Below, piece after piece: positions 16,542 through 26,524 of a stretch of 53,810 nucleotides of DNA. The stretch covers positions 1-53,810 of IMG/VR virus record IMGVR_UViG_3300043436_003945. One strand, given 5' to 3'. Below the pieces are notes generated by a model. That model ran no database searches, was not told where the DNA came from, and saw only the letters and a list, made by a program, of their open reading frames with translations. Made by a program: the position numbers and the translations under genes. The stretch comes from a virus. Its lineage: Duplodnaviria > Caudoviricetes. The first letter of the stretch is position 1; each line of letters starts with the position of its first letter.

Positions 16542-17456
16542 GTGAAAGCAAAAACTATCGCCAAGGTCCTTGCCTCCAAACACGCAAGCTGGGTCAAGTC
16601 CATCACTGATCCCGAAGTTCAGAAGGTCGCCAACGACAGCACGATCATCACGGGCGGCTGCATCCCGTCGCTGCTGTTGAATACAGACGTCAACGATTTC
16701 GACATCTACTTTCGGTCGCCCGAGGCCGCTCTCACAATCGCGCAATACTACGCCAAGGTCTTCACGCAAAAAAACGGTGCCTACCGTATCGAGGCCCGCA
16801 TCGAAGGTGACCGCGTCAAGCTAAAGGTCGACAAGTCGAAGAACGTCGAGATTGCCGGTGACGTAGAAAGCCTCGAAGACACCGACAATGTCGTACCTAA
16901 TCGCAAAGATGGCACCGACGTCATCGAAGAGGCCGACGCAATCGACGCCGCGACTCTTGAAAAGGAGGCTGAAACGAAACGCTACCAGCCACTGTTCCTT
17001 TCGTCGAACGCAATCACCCTCTCCACGAAGGTGCAGTTGATTATCCGCTTCACCGGGGAACCCGAGTCGATCCACGAAAACTACGACTTCGTCCACTGCA
17101 CCAACTACTGGTGCTCTTGGGACGGTCAACTGACCTTCCGCAAAGAAGCCCTCGAAGCCATCCTGACGAAGGAACTCCGCTACGTCGGCTCCAAGTACCC
17201 GATTTGCTCCGTGATTCGCACCCGCAAGTTTCTCGCCCGGGGCTGGACTATCAACGCTGGCCAGTACGTCAAGATGTGCTTCCAAATCTCATTGCTTGAT
17301 TTGACCAACATCGAAGTCCTGAAAGACCAGCTCGTTGGCGTCGACTCAGCCTACTTCAACACGCTTATTTCAGAACTGAAGAAGAAACAGTTCGAGGACT
17401 CAAGTTTTGTCCTTGACCAAGGTTATCTCATTTCCATCATCGACCGCATCTTCTAA
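16542..17456 (+). CDS. Pol-beta-superfamily nucleotidyltransferase (CCA-adding/poly(A) polymerase head-like)
   Basis: ITGGCIPSLL...DVNDFDIYF (GG...DxD); YDFVHC at the position of the class II RDF motif. Confidence 0.7.
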   Translation: MKAKTIAKVLASKHASWVKSITDPEVQKVANDSTIITGGCIPSLLLNTDVNDFDIYFRSPEAALTIAQYYAKVFTQKNGAYRIEARIEGDRVKLKVDKSKNVEIAGDVESLEDTDNVVPNRKDGTDVIEEADAIDAATLEKEAETKRYQPLFLSSNAITLSTKVQLIIRFTGEPESIHENYDFVHCTNYWCSWDGQLTFRKEALEAILTKELRYVGSKYPICSVIRTRKFLARGWTINAGQYVKMCFQISLLDLTNIEVLKDQLVGVDSAYFNTLISELKKKQFEDSSFVLDQGYLISIIDRIF

Positions 17457-17460
17457 TTTT

Positions 17461-17946
17461 ATGCCTACAATCCAAAAAGAGCCCGCACCTCTTAAACTGC
17501 GCGACATCCGCATCCAAAAATTGCTCGCCGAACGTCCTGAGATTTTCCGGCCCGCACCGCTCCCGAAGGTTGACCTTCAGGAATTCCAAACGCAGTTGCT
17601 AAAGAAGCAGACCGACGAACGCATCGGCGAAGGCCTCAGGGCCCGCAACAAACGGCTCCGCAGCTTTTGTTTCCGCCGGGCCAACCCCGTCAAGCAATTG
17701 CCGCTTATCGAGTGCCGGGTAATCGACACCCGCAAGAGCTTTGACGGCAGTCGACTCTACTTCGAGCTGTCGAACGGCCAGTGCGTGCGCGCGGACCGAT
17801 TCTTTCCGGCGGCCTTTGAGTCTGGCTGGCGGTTTAACAAAAACGACGTCAAGCGTTTCTATTCTAAGCGCCGCAAGAATGAGATCCTCAGAGATCTTAT
17901 CGCCTCAGAAATTGCAAAGAACGCAGACCGGGAAACATCGAAATGA
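17461..17946 (+). CDS. Basic hypothetical protein
   Basis: ATGA overlap with next gene. Confidence 0.65.
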   Translation: MPTIQKEPAPLKLRDIRIQKLLAERPEIFRPAPLPKVDLQEFQTQLLKKQTDERIGEGLRARNKRLRSFCFRRANPVKQLPLIECRVIDTRKSFDGSRLYFELSNGQCVRADRFFPAAFESGWRFNKNDVKRFYSKRRKNEILRDLIASEIAKNADRETSK

Positions 17947-18566
17947 ACTCTCAAACTCTTGCAGACCACATCCTCTTTGGCTTCGGCGGTCCCTCGGTAC
18001 ACGTTCGGCCAGTGACGGTGCAGATTGAACAGGCCCCGGTTCCCGCAGCCCCGGCCGTGGAGCCGACCCGGCAGAACAAATTTGCCGCCAAGGGCAACCA
18101 GATCGACGAAGCCCTCGCGCAGCTCATGCAAACCCGCAAACCCGGCCAGACCTTCTCGCAAGACGAGATCGCACAGGCCTGTGGATGCCACCGCCGAAAC
18201 ATCCAGTTCATCGAAAAGCGCGCCATCTACAAGTTCACGCGCCGGCTCCTCGCGACCGCTCCGCAACTGGTCGCGGAATCGCTCGGCGACGGCGTGACAA
18301 TTGAGGACATCCTCCGGATTCATCACCCATCCAGTAGCGACAGCGGAAACTCGCAGCGTAAGCAGACCGACTTTCGCTGGCAGAAACGGGCCCGCCGCAA
18401 CCTCGGTCAGTTCGAGTCGACGGAGCGCAACACCTACGAGACCGTGAAGATCCTCCGAGCCCGCGAGCCCAACCGGCTCTACGGAAAGAAACCAACCCCG
18501 CCGCAGCTCGCCGAGATCCGGGCCGAGCGGATGCGCAGGAACCGGGAGGCCGCCAATGCCTCTTAA
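17943..18566 (+). CDS. HTH protein resembling sigma70 region 4
   Basis: FSQDEIAQACGCHRRNIQFIEKRAIYK. Confidence 0.7.
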   Translation: MNSQTLADHILFGFGGPSVHVRPVTVQIEQAPVPAAPAVEPTRQNKFAAKGNQIDEALAQLMQTRKPGQTFSQDEIAQACGCHRRNIQFIEKRAIYKFTRRLLATAPQLVAESLGDGVTIEDILRIHHPSSSDSGNSQRKQTDFRWQKRARRNLGQFESTERNTYETVKILRAREPNRLYGKKPTPPQLAEIRAERMRRNREAANAS

Positions 18567-18780
18567 CCTACTTGCGGTTCCATCTTCGGAAGCCCTTGCG
18601 TTTACCGCCCCGGCCGAAAATAGCGTGACATTTCACTGTGGAACAGAAAGCAAAGAAATCATGCGCCTCGATGGGCAAGGCATGACCTACATGGGCCAGC
18701 GCATTGAAGACGCGGGAGAAGCGCACCGGGCGTTTCTTAAAACGATGACCCAAATGCAAGAAAACATAAAAACCGTATGA
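18556..18780 (+). CDS. Hypothetical protein
   Basis: Overlaps both neighbours. Confidence 0.55.
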   Translation: MPLNLLAVPSSEALAFTAPAENSVTFHCGTESKEIMRLDGQGMTYMGQRIEDAGEAHRAFLKTMTQMQENIKTV

Positions 18781-20039
18781 GCCAACTCGACACCCAGACG
18801 CGCGGGCATCACCCCGATTCGCCTTCCTCGCTGCAGTCTTCCGAGGCCTGCCCGCTGTTCGAGAACGAGCAGCGCGACGGCAACGCATCGAAGATCGGCA
18901 CGTTCCAGCACAAGGCCGCCGAGACCGGGCACCTCGAGGCCCTCGACGAGCAACTGTCGGAGCTAGGTCTCTCGGAGGCCGACATCGCCGAAAAGATCGC
19001 CGGAGTGACCCGCGCCATCGCCTACGAAGAACGGCAGAAACAAGTCCTCTCCGCGCTCTTCGACGACAGGATCCCCGTAGAAACGATCCGGGAAAAATAC
19101 TTTCCGGTCGGCGACGACAGGGTAGCCGATTACATCGGCGTCACGGGCGGTTTCCCTGACACTGTTTTCCTCTGCTCCTACCTTTCCGCCGTACTCGACT
19201 GGAAGTTCGGCAAGGTGCCGGTAACGCCGACGAAGATGAACCTACAGGGAATTGCCTACGCGCTAGCTGTCCTGCAGGCCTACCCAAACGTCACCGAAGT
19301 TCAGGTGCATTTCTACCACCCGCATCAAGACTGGTCCGACGAAGAGCATCAGGAAAAATACGTCCACACGTTCTCGCGCTCAGACATGGCGGAAATGGAG
19401 TGCCGTATCAGGACCGTGGTGGCCATCAAGAAAGCCGCGCAGGCACGGTTAAAGGCCAGCGGAGACACCGACTGGACCGACGCCACCCCCAAGCACGATC
19501 TGTGCATCTGGTGCGCCCACAAGGGGGCCTGCACGAAGCTGCACGGTGTCGTCCTGCAGGGCGCATCGAAGCACCCGGACTTCCTCGTTCCGGACATCAC
19601 CAACCATCGGCTCCTGAGTCGCCCCGAGCAGGTCAAGACAGCGTTCCTTTGGGCGACGCAGCTCGAATCCATCGCCAAGTCTGTAAAGCAGCGCGCCGCC
19701 AACATGGTTCTAACTGAGGGGCTGGAACTCGGTACCGGCGTGAAGCTAGTCCGTCGTACCGAGCGGTACATTACATCCCCGGTTAAATTGGCTCGCGTTG
19801 CGGCCAAACACGGTCTAGGGTTGCTGGCGTTCGTTCGCAGTATCTCGATTTCGGTGTCGGCACTTGAGAAGCAAATCAAGGCCCGATCCGAGAAAGGACA
19901 CGGCGCAGCGAACGTTCGGGCCTTTCAGCTCGAGCTGGAGGAATCGGGCATCTCCAAGAAAGCCAAGCCCATCTATTTTCTCCAAGAGGCGAAAGCCCCC
20001 TCGGAAAAAAACAAAGACATAATCGAACTCGAACAATAA
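18777..20039 (+). CDS. Cas4-like PD-(D/E)XK exonuclease
   Basis: SPSSL..C, GTFQH, GFPD...LDWKFG, QGIAYA, CIWC-x5-C. Confidence 0.85.
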   Translation: MSQLDTQTRGHHPDSPSSLQSSEACPLFENEQRDGNASKIGTFQHKAAETGHLEALDEQLSELGLSEADIAEKIAGVTRAIAYEERQKQVLSALFDDRIPVETIREKYFPVGDDRVADYIGVTGGFPDTVFLCSYLSAVLDWKFGKVPVTPTKMNLQGIAYALAVLQAYPNVTEVQVHFYHPHQDWSDEEHQEKYVHTFSRSDMAEMECRIRTVVAIKKAAQARLKASGDTDWTDATPKHDLCIWCAHKGACTKLHGVVLQGASKHPDFLVPDITNHRLLSRPEQVKTAFLWATQLESIAKSVKQRAANMVLTEGLELGTGVKLVRRTERYITSPVKLARVAAKHGLGLLAFVRSISISVSALEKQIKARSEKGHGAANVRAFQLELEESGISKKAKPIYFLQEAKAPSEKNKDIIELEQ

Positions 20040-20048
20040 TCAAATAAT

Positions 20049-20858
20049 ATGGCAACCGCATCGTTCGCAAAGCCCAGCTTTGCAAAGAATCCCGGGGACG
20101 GCTCGTCCGCCCCTGTCGAAGTTGAAGTTTTGGACAAGTCCAACCCGGCACACCCTGCCGCGCAATCGCAGGCCCCCGCCGTGCAACAGCCCGCCGCCGT
20201 CGGCTTCTACACGGGCGACGAGGAGGGCGGCGGCGTAGATGCCGCTGACGTCAAGCTCCCGCGCCTGAACATGATTCAGGGCCTCTCCGGTGCCGAACTT
20301 AAAGCGTTGGGCAAGGAAGGTGACTGGGTACTCAAGGGCAAGCTCTTGCTGCCGAAGCCCGTCAGCATCGTCGCGGTCGGCCATCGCCCGAAGGTCTGGA
20401 TCGAGAAGGTGAAGCAGGGCGACAAGGCCCGCTTTGCTCGCTCGCTGCAGGAGGTGCAGGACCTTGGCGGCACGGACGAATGGCGTCTCTCGAAGTACAA
20501 CGAGAAGGTCGAGTCGAAGAAAGGCTGGTTCATGGAGTCGGCGACTTGGCTGCTGCTTGTTAAGCGCCCCGACGGAGCCGAAGAGGACTACTTCCCATTC
20601 GTCTCGGACGACGGCATCGCGTTCGCTGCCGCGCTCTACACGACGAAGAGCACCTCCTACGGCGCGTTTCACAAGGAAATCGCCTCCGAGAAGGCCTCCG
20701 GGCTTCTCCGTCAAGGCTACCCGACCCGCTACATCGAACTTGGTTCGGAGAAGGGTTTGAAACACCAAGCCTTCGAACCCCGCGTCAAGGTCGGCGCAGT
20801 CACTTCTGAGGGCGTCCGAGCCCTCGCCAAGAAAGCAATCGCAACCCTCACTTCGTAA
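20049..20858 (+). CDS. Probable ssDNA-binding/annealing protein
   Basis: DVKLPRLNMIQ motif; located between exonuclease and polymerase. Confidence 0.5.
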   Translation: MATASFAKPSFAKNPGDGSSAPVEVEVLDKSNPAHPAAQSQAPAVQQPAAVGFYTGDEEGGGVDAADVKLPRLNMIQGLSGAELKALGKEGDWVLKGKLLLPKPVSIVAVGHRPKVWIEKVKQGDKARFARSLQEVQDLGGTDEWRLSKYNEKVESKKGWFMESATWLLLVKRPDGAEEDYFPFVSDDGIAFAAALYTTKSTSYGAFHKEIASEKASGLLRQGYPTRYIELGSEKGLKHQAFEPRVKVGAVTSEGVRALAKKAIATLTS

Positions 20859-20876
20859 GAAGATCTCCTCCCAACT

Positions 20877-21236
20877 ATGCTCCTCCTCTCCCAAATTCGC
20901 GAAGAACTCGCCCTATACTTCGAACTGATCGGCTCGCCCAAGACGGCCACCGAAAAAGCGATCCGTGACCGCATCATCACCTTGCACAACGAACTCGTGA
21001 AGATCGAGGTCGTGGCGGCGGTGGTGCCGGTTGCGGACCTTGAGACAGTGGTTTCGGCGTTTGAAAAGACGACCGATAGCGACAGTCTCCCGCCGCCTTC
21101 GTTTACGGCGACGATTAAAGCCATCAACGAGCTGATCGAGTCCCGCAAGCCAAAGGCCGAGACTGCCCCGGTCGAGGTCGTGCCGAGCGTGCCGGCGTCA
21201 GCCGATACCGCAAAGCCGGTTCAAGCGGCCAACTAG
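20877..21236 (+). CDS. Hypothetical protein
   Basis: ORF ending just before a terminator. Confidence 0.6.
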   Translation: MLLLSQIREELALYFELIGSPKTATEKAIRDRIITLHNELVKIEVVAAVVPVADLETVVSAFEKTTDSDSLPPPSFTATIKAINELIESRKPKAETAPVEVVPSVPASADTAKPVQAAN

Positions 21237-21246
21237 AAAGGTTCTC

Positions 21247-21274
21247 AAGCCCCCTTACGGTAGGGGGCTTTTTT
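21247..21274 (+). terminator. Rho-independent terminator
   Basis: AAGCCCCC-TTACGGTA-GGGGGCTT-TTTT. Confidence 0.85.
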
Positions 21275-21288
21275 AACCCTTCTTATAT

Positions 21289-23424
21289 TTGAAAAAAGTA
21301 ATCTCTCTCGATTTTGAAACCCCCTACAACACAGATTTCTCGGTCAAAGATCTCAGTAATTGGCACTATGCGCGCGATCCGCGTTGCATTCCTTACATGG
21401 TATCAGTCTGCGACGGCACAGAAAATTGGGCGGGGCATCCGTCAGAGTTTAACTTCGGGTCGCTTGAAGGCCATACCTTAGTCAGCCATCACGCCGCGTT
21501 CGACGAAGAAATCGCGCTCGCCGCAAAAGAGCGCGCGCTGTTCGAGGTTCCGGGCCTGAATCCGGCACGGATGCCGCACTGGATGTGCTCATTAGATATG
21601 AGCCGGTATCTCTGGAATGTCGGCTCGCTGGCCGACGCCTGCAAGATGGGCCTTGGGATCGACGTCGACAAAGGCGTCCGCGACCGCGCCAAGGGCAAGA
21701 CCGTCGAGGACATGAAGCGCGAGGGGTGGTACGACGACATGCTCCGGTATGCCCGGCTCGACGCACAGTACTGCTGGCAGCTCTGGGATAAGCATTCCAA
21801 GAACTGGCCGGACATTGAGCGTCGCCTTTCGCAATGGACCCGCGAAGCCGGTCGGTACGGCGTCGCAATCGACACCCCGGCACTCGAAGAAGGTATTTCG
21901 ATATTGAAGCAGGTAGTCTTCAAAGCTAAAAACAATTTCCCTTGGGTGCTGCGCGGGTTTAAGCCCGGGAGCCCGATAGGTATCGCCGAGGAGTGCAAGC
22001 TTGCCGGCATCCCTCAGAGACCCGTGAAGGCGCACGAGGGCGAGGAAGCCTACGACGAGTGGGAGCAAAAGTTCGCCGACAAGCACCCGTTTGTGATGTC
22101 GCTGCGGAACCTGCGACGCGGCGAGAAGATGCTCGCGACCCTCGAAACGATTCAGCAACGCCTGCGTCCGGACGGCACCGCGTTCTTCTCCCTGAAGTAC
22201 TGCGGAGCGCACACGAGACGCTGGTCCGGCGACGGCGGATGGAATCTTCAGAACCCAAACCGCGAGCCGCTCTTCCTAAAAGACCTCGGATTCGTCTACG
22301 ACAAGAAACAGGTCGCCGCGCTCGCGGAGGCATTTTCGAACCGCGCCGTCGACGTTGCCGTAGGAGAGCTGGAGACCGGCCACACCTTCATCGACCTTCG
22401 CGGCCTCATTGTCGCCCGCCCCGGCAAGGTTCTATGCCCAGTAGACCTCGCCCAGATCGAGCCTCGGGTCGGAAACTACCTTGCGGCCAACTGGAAGCTC
22501 CTCGAAAAGATTGCGAAGGGCATGGGCATCTACGAGGCCTTCGCTCGCGATTCGCTCGACTGGAAGGGCGGGGAGCTGAAAAAGGAAAACAAGAAACTCT
22601 ACGCACTGGCCAAGGCCGATGTCCTCGGTCTGCAGTTCGGGGCGGCGTGGGAGAAGTTCATCACGGTCGCGTGGACGATGGCGCAAGTGGACCTTACGGA
22701 AGGCGACGCCGAGTTCGCGGTCCAGTACAGCGTCGACCACAAAATCCACAAGCGCACCCGCGTCGGTGACGCGTGGGTCTACTTGTCGGCCCCGGAGGGT
22801 ATCAAGGCACTCATCCACAACCCGGAGATCCCGCCGTCTGGGCCGGTCGAGGACTGCTGCTTCATCACCAAGAAAAAGAAGGACGGGCTGGTGGTAGTTG
22901 CGGTCGGAGTTTACGGCATGCGCAGCCGCATCACCGTCGAACAGTTCCGGCAATCGAATGCCGAGTTCTGCGTCCGGGTCTGGCGCGAACTCGACGCCGC
23001 GTTCCGCGACTCTGTCGGAGACGACCTGACCGTCGAGGCCCCGAACGGCGACAAGCTTGTCTACCGCGACGTCCGCAAGGGCAAGCAGACCCGCGTCGAC
23101 GCAGATACCGGCGAGGAGTACGAGATGAACTCGTACAGTTGCATGGTGGGTAAGAAACGGATACACACCCACGGGTCCAAGATTTTCGAGAATCTAGTGC
23201 AGATGACGGCGCGTCACGTTTTCGCGGAGCGGCAGATGGCGTTGCACGATCCGGAGAACGGTGTCTTCGTGCTCTTCACCGCGCACGACGAAGCGATCCC
23301 GGAGTGCGACGACCTAAACACGGACCCGCGAAAAATTGAGGCAATTATGTCGCTCGCCCCGGTTTGGATGCCGGGCCTGCCGGTCGCCGCCGAGGCGAAG
23401 CTGTCGAAACGCTACCTTAAATAA
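21289..23424 (+). CDS. polA: Family A DNA polymerase with 3'-5' exonuclease domain
   Basis: Exo I SLDFET, YARLDA, TRRWSG, NLQNP, motif A DLAQIEPR, motif B AKADVLGLQFG, motif C AHDE. Confidence 0.93.
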   Translation: MKKVISLDFETPYNTDFSVKDLSNWHYARDPRCIPYMVSVCDGTENWAGHPSEFNFGSLEGHTLVSHHAAFDEEIALAAKERALFEVPGLNPARMPHWMCSLDMSRYLWNVGSLADACKMGLGIDVDKGVRDRAKGKTVEDMKREGWYDDMLRYARLDAQYCWQLWDKHSKNWPDIERRLSQWTREAGRYGVAIDTPALEEGISILKQVVFKAKNNFPWVLRGFKPGSPIGIAEECKLAGIPQRPVKAHEGEEAYDEWEQKFADKHPFVMSLRNLRRGEKMLATLETIQQRLRPDGTAFFSLKYCGAHTRRWSGDGGWNLQNPNREPLFLKDLGFVYDKKQVAALAEAFSNRAVDVAVGELETGHTFIDLRGLIVARPGKVLCPVDLAQIEPRVGNYLAANWKLLEKIAKGMGIYEAFARDSLDWKGGELKKENKKLYALAKADVLGLQFGAAWEKFITVAWTMAQVDLTEGDAEFAVQYSVDHKIHKRTRVGDAWVYLSAPEGIKALIHNPEIPPSGPVEDCCFITKKKKDGLVVVAVGVYGMRSRITVEQFRQSNAEFCVRVWRELDAAFRDSVGDDLTVEAPNGDKLVYRDVRKGKQTRVDADTGEEYEMNSYSCMVGKKRIHTHGSKIFENLVQMTARHVFAERQMALHDPENGVFVLFTAHDEAIPECDDLNTDPRKIEAIMSLAPVWMPGLPVAAEAKLSKRYLK

Positions 23425-23465
23425 GGCTCGCCCTTAATTAAGCGAAACCATACAAACCCCGACGA

Positions 23466-25697
23466 ATGTTTTACGCCCTCGACAACTTAGTGTCCAAGGA
23501 AGTCAGTCCCTGCGAGACGCCTTGGACGGTCGCAGTCACAATCCCAGACGAAGTCCGGGGCAAGGCAGGCAAAAAAGCCCGTGACGCTTGGATCAACGAC
23601 CCGACGACCCAGCACAACGTCTATTCGTCGTTCGAAGGCTTCATCGACAACCTGCGCGTTTCCTCGCCGAAGAACGAGGAGGGCAACCCGCCCCTGCGGA
23701 TGCACGCGTTCATCGCGGACATCGACGCAGCCCTGACCCTCGACGAAGTCGAGAAAGGACTGCTGCGCGTGCCCTTTGCGCCGAACTGGCTGGAGCGCAC
23801 GCTGTCCGGAAACGTGCGGTTGATTTGGCTGCTGGAGAAACCGGTCTCGTTCCCGAACCGCCGATTTGCGATTGAATTCTTGGAGTTCTCTCTGGCTCGG
23901 CTTCGCCTCGACATGATAGCCGTCGGGTTCGACAAGGGCGCATATCTCGACCCAAACCGGTACTACACCAACTCGGGGGAGTGGCTTTGCGCGGACGCCG
24001 ACGCCCGCATCTCGGCCGAACTAATAAACGGCTGGGTGGTCGAGATTGCGGCCAAGCACGTCTGGAAGAAAGATCGCGGGGCGGTCGACATTCCGCTCCC
24101 GATTGTGCAGGCCGCAATCGAGAAAAAGTACCCGACCTTTGTTTCGGCTTGGGTGGGCGACTTTGTCGAGGGCGCAACCGGCCCGACATTCTGGGTCGAA
24201 GGCTCCTCCTCGCCGAAGTCCGCAATCGTAAAACCGACAGGCCTGTTCACCTTTTCCGCGCACGCAATCAAGCCGTTTTATTCTTGGGCGGATCTGCTCG
24301 GAAAATCGTTTGTCGAAACCTACTCGGCCGAGGCGATGGGCCGGGCGGTCGACGGCATTCTGTTCGACGGCCAGAAGTACTGGCGCAAGGACGGCTACGG
24401 CGACTGGAAGAATTATTCGAAAGAGGACACGGTCTCGCACCTCTCGATTGACCGAGGGCTTGAGAGCAAGAAGGGCGAGAACGAGTCCTCGGAGACCTCC
24501 CGGGCGATCCAGTACATTCAGAACTGGCAGAATGTCGTCGGGGCGGCTCCGTTTGTTTTCCAGCCGAACGGCGTGCTGTCGAAGCAGGGCAACAAGTTTC
24601 TCAATACGCACACCCGGCGCACCTGCCAACCCGCGCCCGGACCGGTGGTGTGGGGCCCTACGGGGCAGATGCCCTTCCTGTCGGCGTTCTTCGACGGGTT
24701 CTTTCATCCCGACTCGAAGGCCGACGTCCCGGGCAAACCGCTCGACTACTTTCTCGCGTGGCTGCACCGCTTCTACAAGGGTGCGTACGAAAACAACCTC
24801 GAGTCCGGGCAGAACATTTTCCTCTGCGGTGCCCCCGGGGTCGGAAAGACGTTTCTCAATCAAGGCGTGTTGCCGTATTTGCTGGGCGGCGGGGCCGACG
24901 CGGAGTCGTACCTCCTCGGCGTCTCGGAATTTAATTCGCAGCTCTTCGAGGTCGCATACTGGTCCATCGACGACAACTCCGCGACCGTCACTGAGGCCTC
25001 GCATCGCAAATTCTCGACGATGATTAAGAAGATGGCCGCGAACACGACCTTCCAATACCACGCGAAGTTCCGGGTGCCGTGCATGGTCGACTGGATGGGG
25101 CGGGTTGTGGTGACTCTTAACGGCGACGAGGCCTCAATGTCGATGTTCCCCGATTTCGCAATTTCGATCAAGGACAAGGTCGAAGTATTCCGCACTGCCG
25201 ACACGGCCGCAGTCGCTTTTCCCTCGCGTAACGAGTGCAACAAAATTATCAGTAACGAGGTGCCGTATCTGGCGCGCTTCCTCCTCGACTTTGAAATCCC
25301 GAAACACATCCAAGGCACCAGCCGCTTCGGCGTCGTGTCCTACCACGACAGCTTCCTCATCCGCACGGCCGAGCAAGGTAGCCTTACTTCGGCCTTCGTC
25401 GAAATCTTGGACGACTGGCGTTCTTCGTATTTCAACGAGCACGGCGACTTGGAATTTTGGGAGGGCTCCGCGTATCAGTTCCTCAAAGAACTCCACAAAG
25501 ATTCTGCTGGAACTGCTGCAGGAATTCGCAACTACACCGCAAAAAAGATTGGCCTCGAACTTGCCGCTGTTCGCTCCAAAGGGATCTCGGGGATCGAGCC
25601 GGTCGATACCGACGGCCTCGTCAGGACTTGGCGCATCTACAAGGCCCCGAAAGTGAAAACCAAAGAACTCCCAACCGGCAGCAAATTTCAAAACTAA
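23466..25697 (+). CDS. Primase-helicase (PrimPol-like N-terminus, SF3-like C-terminal ATPase)
   Basis: FIADID, RTLSGNVRLIW; Walker A GAPGVGKT, Walker B SIDD, VVTLN. Confidence 0.8.
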   Translation: MFYALDNLVSKEVSPCETPWTVAVTIPDEVRGKAGKKARDAWINDPTTQHNVYSSFEGFIDNLRVSSPKNEEGNPPLRMHAFIADIDAALTLDEVEKGLLRVPFAPNWLERTLSGNVRLIWLLEKPVSFPNRRFAIEFLEFSLARLRLDMIAVGFDKGAYLDPNRYYTNSGEWLCADADARISAELINGWVVEIAAKHVWKKDRGAVDIPLPIVQAAIEKKYPTFVSAWVGDFVEGATGPTFWVEGSSSPKSAIVKPTGLFTFSAHAIKPFYSWADLLGKSFVETYSAEAMGRAVDGILFDGQKYWRKDGYGDWKNYSKEDTVSHLSIDRGLESKKGENESSETSRAIQYIQNWQNVVGAAPFVFQPNGVLSKQGNKFLNTHTRRTCQPAPGPVVWGPTGQMPFLSAFFDGFFHPDSKADVPGKPLDYFLAWLHRFYKGAYENNLESGQNIFLCGAPGVGKTFLNQGVLPYLLGGGADAESYLLGVSEFNSQLFEVAYWSIDDNSATVTEASHRKFSTMIKKMAANTTFQYHAKFRVPCMVDWMGRVVVTLNGDEASMSMFPDFAISIKDKVEVFRTADTAAVAFPSRNECNKIISNEVPYLARFLLDFEIPKHIQGTSRFGVVSYHDSFLIRTAEQGSLTSAFVEILDDWRSSYFNEHGDLEFWEGSAYQFLKELHKDSAGTAAGIRNYTAKKIGLELAAVRSKGISGIEPVDTDGLVRTWRIYKAPKVKTKELPTGSKFQN

Positions 25698-26524
25698 TGA
25701 CACCAGAAGTCGATTTCTACCGGGCCCCTAAGTTCTATTCGAACTTCGAGTTCAGGGCCATGAGTTACCGCCTAAACGAACCCGTGAAGCGGGGGTACTA
25801 TCCTTTAGGAGTGCCGGAGATGCTCGTGCTGTCCGCCGTCGACGAGAAGGCTCTGTTCGAATCCTACGCGCGCCGCCGCACCGTCAAGACCCGCGAAAAG
25901 TTGGTTCGCCGGTACATTTGCTGGGCGTACAAGATGGCCACGAAGCTCTGCGGCCCGCGTCTCGAAATCGACGACGCGATCTCTGCGGCCAACGTAGGAC
26001 TCATGGAAGCCCTCGAGACTTTCGACGCCTCCAAGGGATCGAAGTTCACGACGCACTCGTATTTCGTGATCCGCAGACACTTAATCGAGGCGCTAGTCGG
26101 CACGTACCCGGTCCACGTCTCGCAACATATCCGGAAAAAGATGAAGATGCAGCCAATCTCCTCGGTCGAAACCGAAGAGGACGAGGCACCAAAAAGTCTC
26201 GACGAATTGTTTGAGCGACTAGGCGCGCAAACGGATTTTCAGATGGCCGAAATGTACGAACGTCCCGAAGACTGCACGTCGATTTCTCCGACATCGGTAT
26301 TGGCCGAGGACGAGCTGGATCGCTCGCAGACGTTGGACAAAATTCGTATTTTTGTCGACACGAAGCTAACGCCGCTCGAACGAAAAGTTTTTGTCGGCCG
26401 CCACTACAAGGACCCGCAGGTTTCTTTTGAGACGCTTTGCACCCGACTCAAGACCACCAAGTTTGCCGTCCGGGAGGCCTACCGGACCGCACTCGAAAAA
26501 GTTCAGGCCGAATTCAAACCATGA
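25697..26524 (+). CDS. Phage sigma70-family RNA polymerase sigma factor
   Basis: Region 2 DDAISAANVGLMEALETFDASKGSKFTTHSYFVIR; region 4 LTPLERKVF...AVREAYRTALEK; TAATG coupling at 25697. Confidence 0.88.
   Translation: MTPEVDFYRAPKFYSNFEFRAMSYRLNEPVKRGYYPLGVPEMLVLSAVDEKALFESYARRRTVKTREKLVRRYICWAYKMATKLCGPRLEIDDAISAANVGLMEALETFDASKGSKFTTHSYFVIRRHLIEALVGTYPVHVSQHIRKKMKMQPISSVETEEDEAPKSLDELFERLGAQTDFQMAEMYERPEDCTSISPTSVLAEDELDRSQTLDKIRIFVDTKLTPLERKVFVGRHYKDPQVSFETLCTRLKTTKFAVREAYRTALEKVQAEFKP

Noticed and set aside
18777-20039. Cas4 as evidence for a CRISPR-Cas system
   Set aside because: Stand-alone Cas4-like exonucleases are common in phage replication modules; no other cas genes or array present
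22680-22930. Intein in the DNA polymerase insertion
   Set aside because: No N-terminal Cys/Ser block or C-terminal His-Asn; too short
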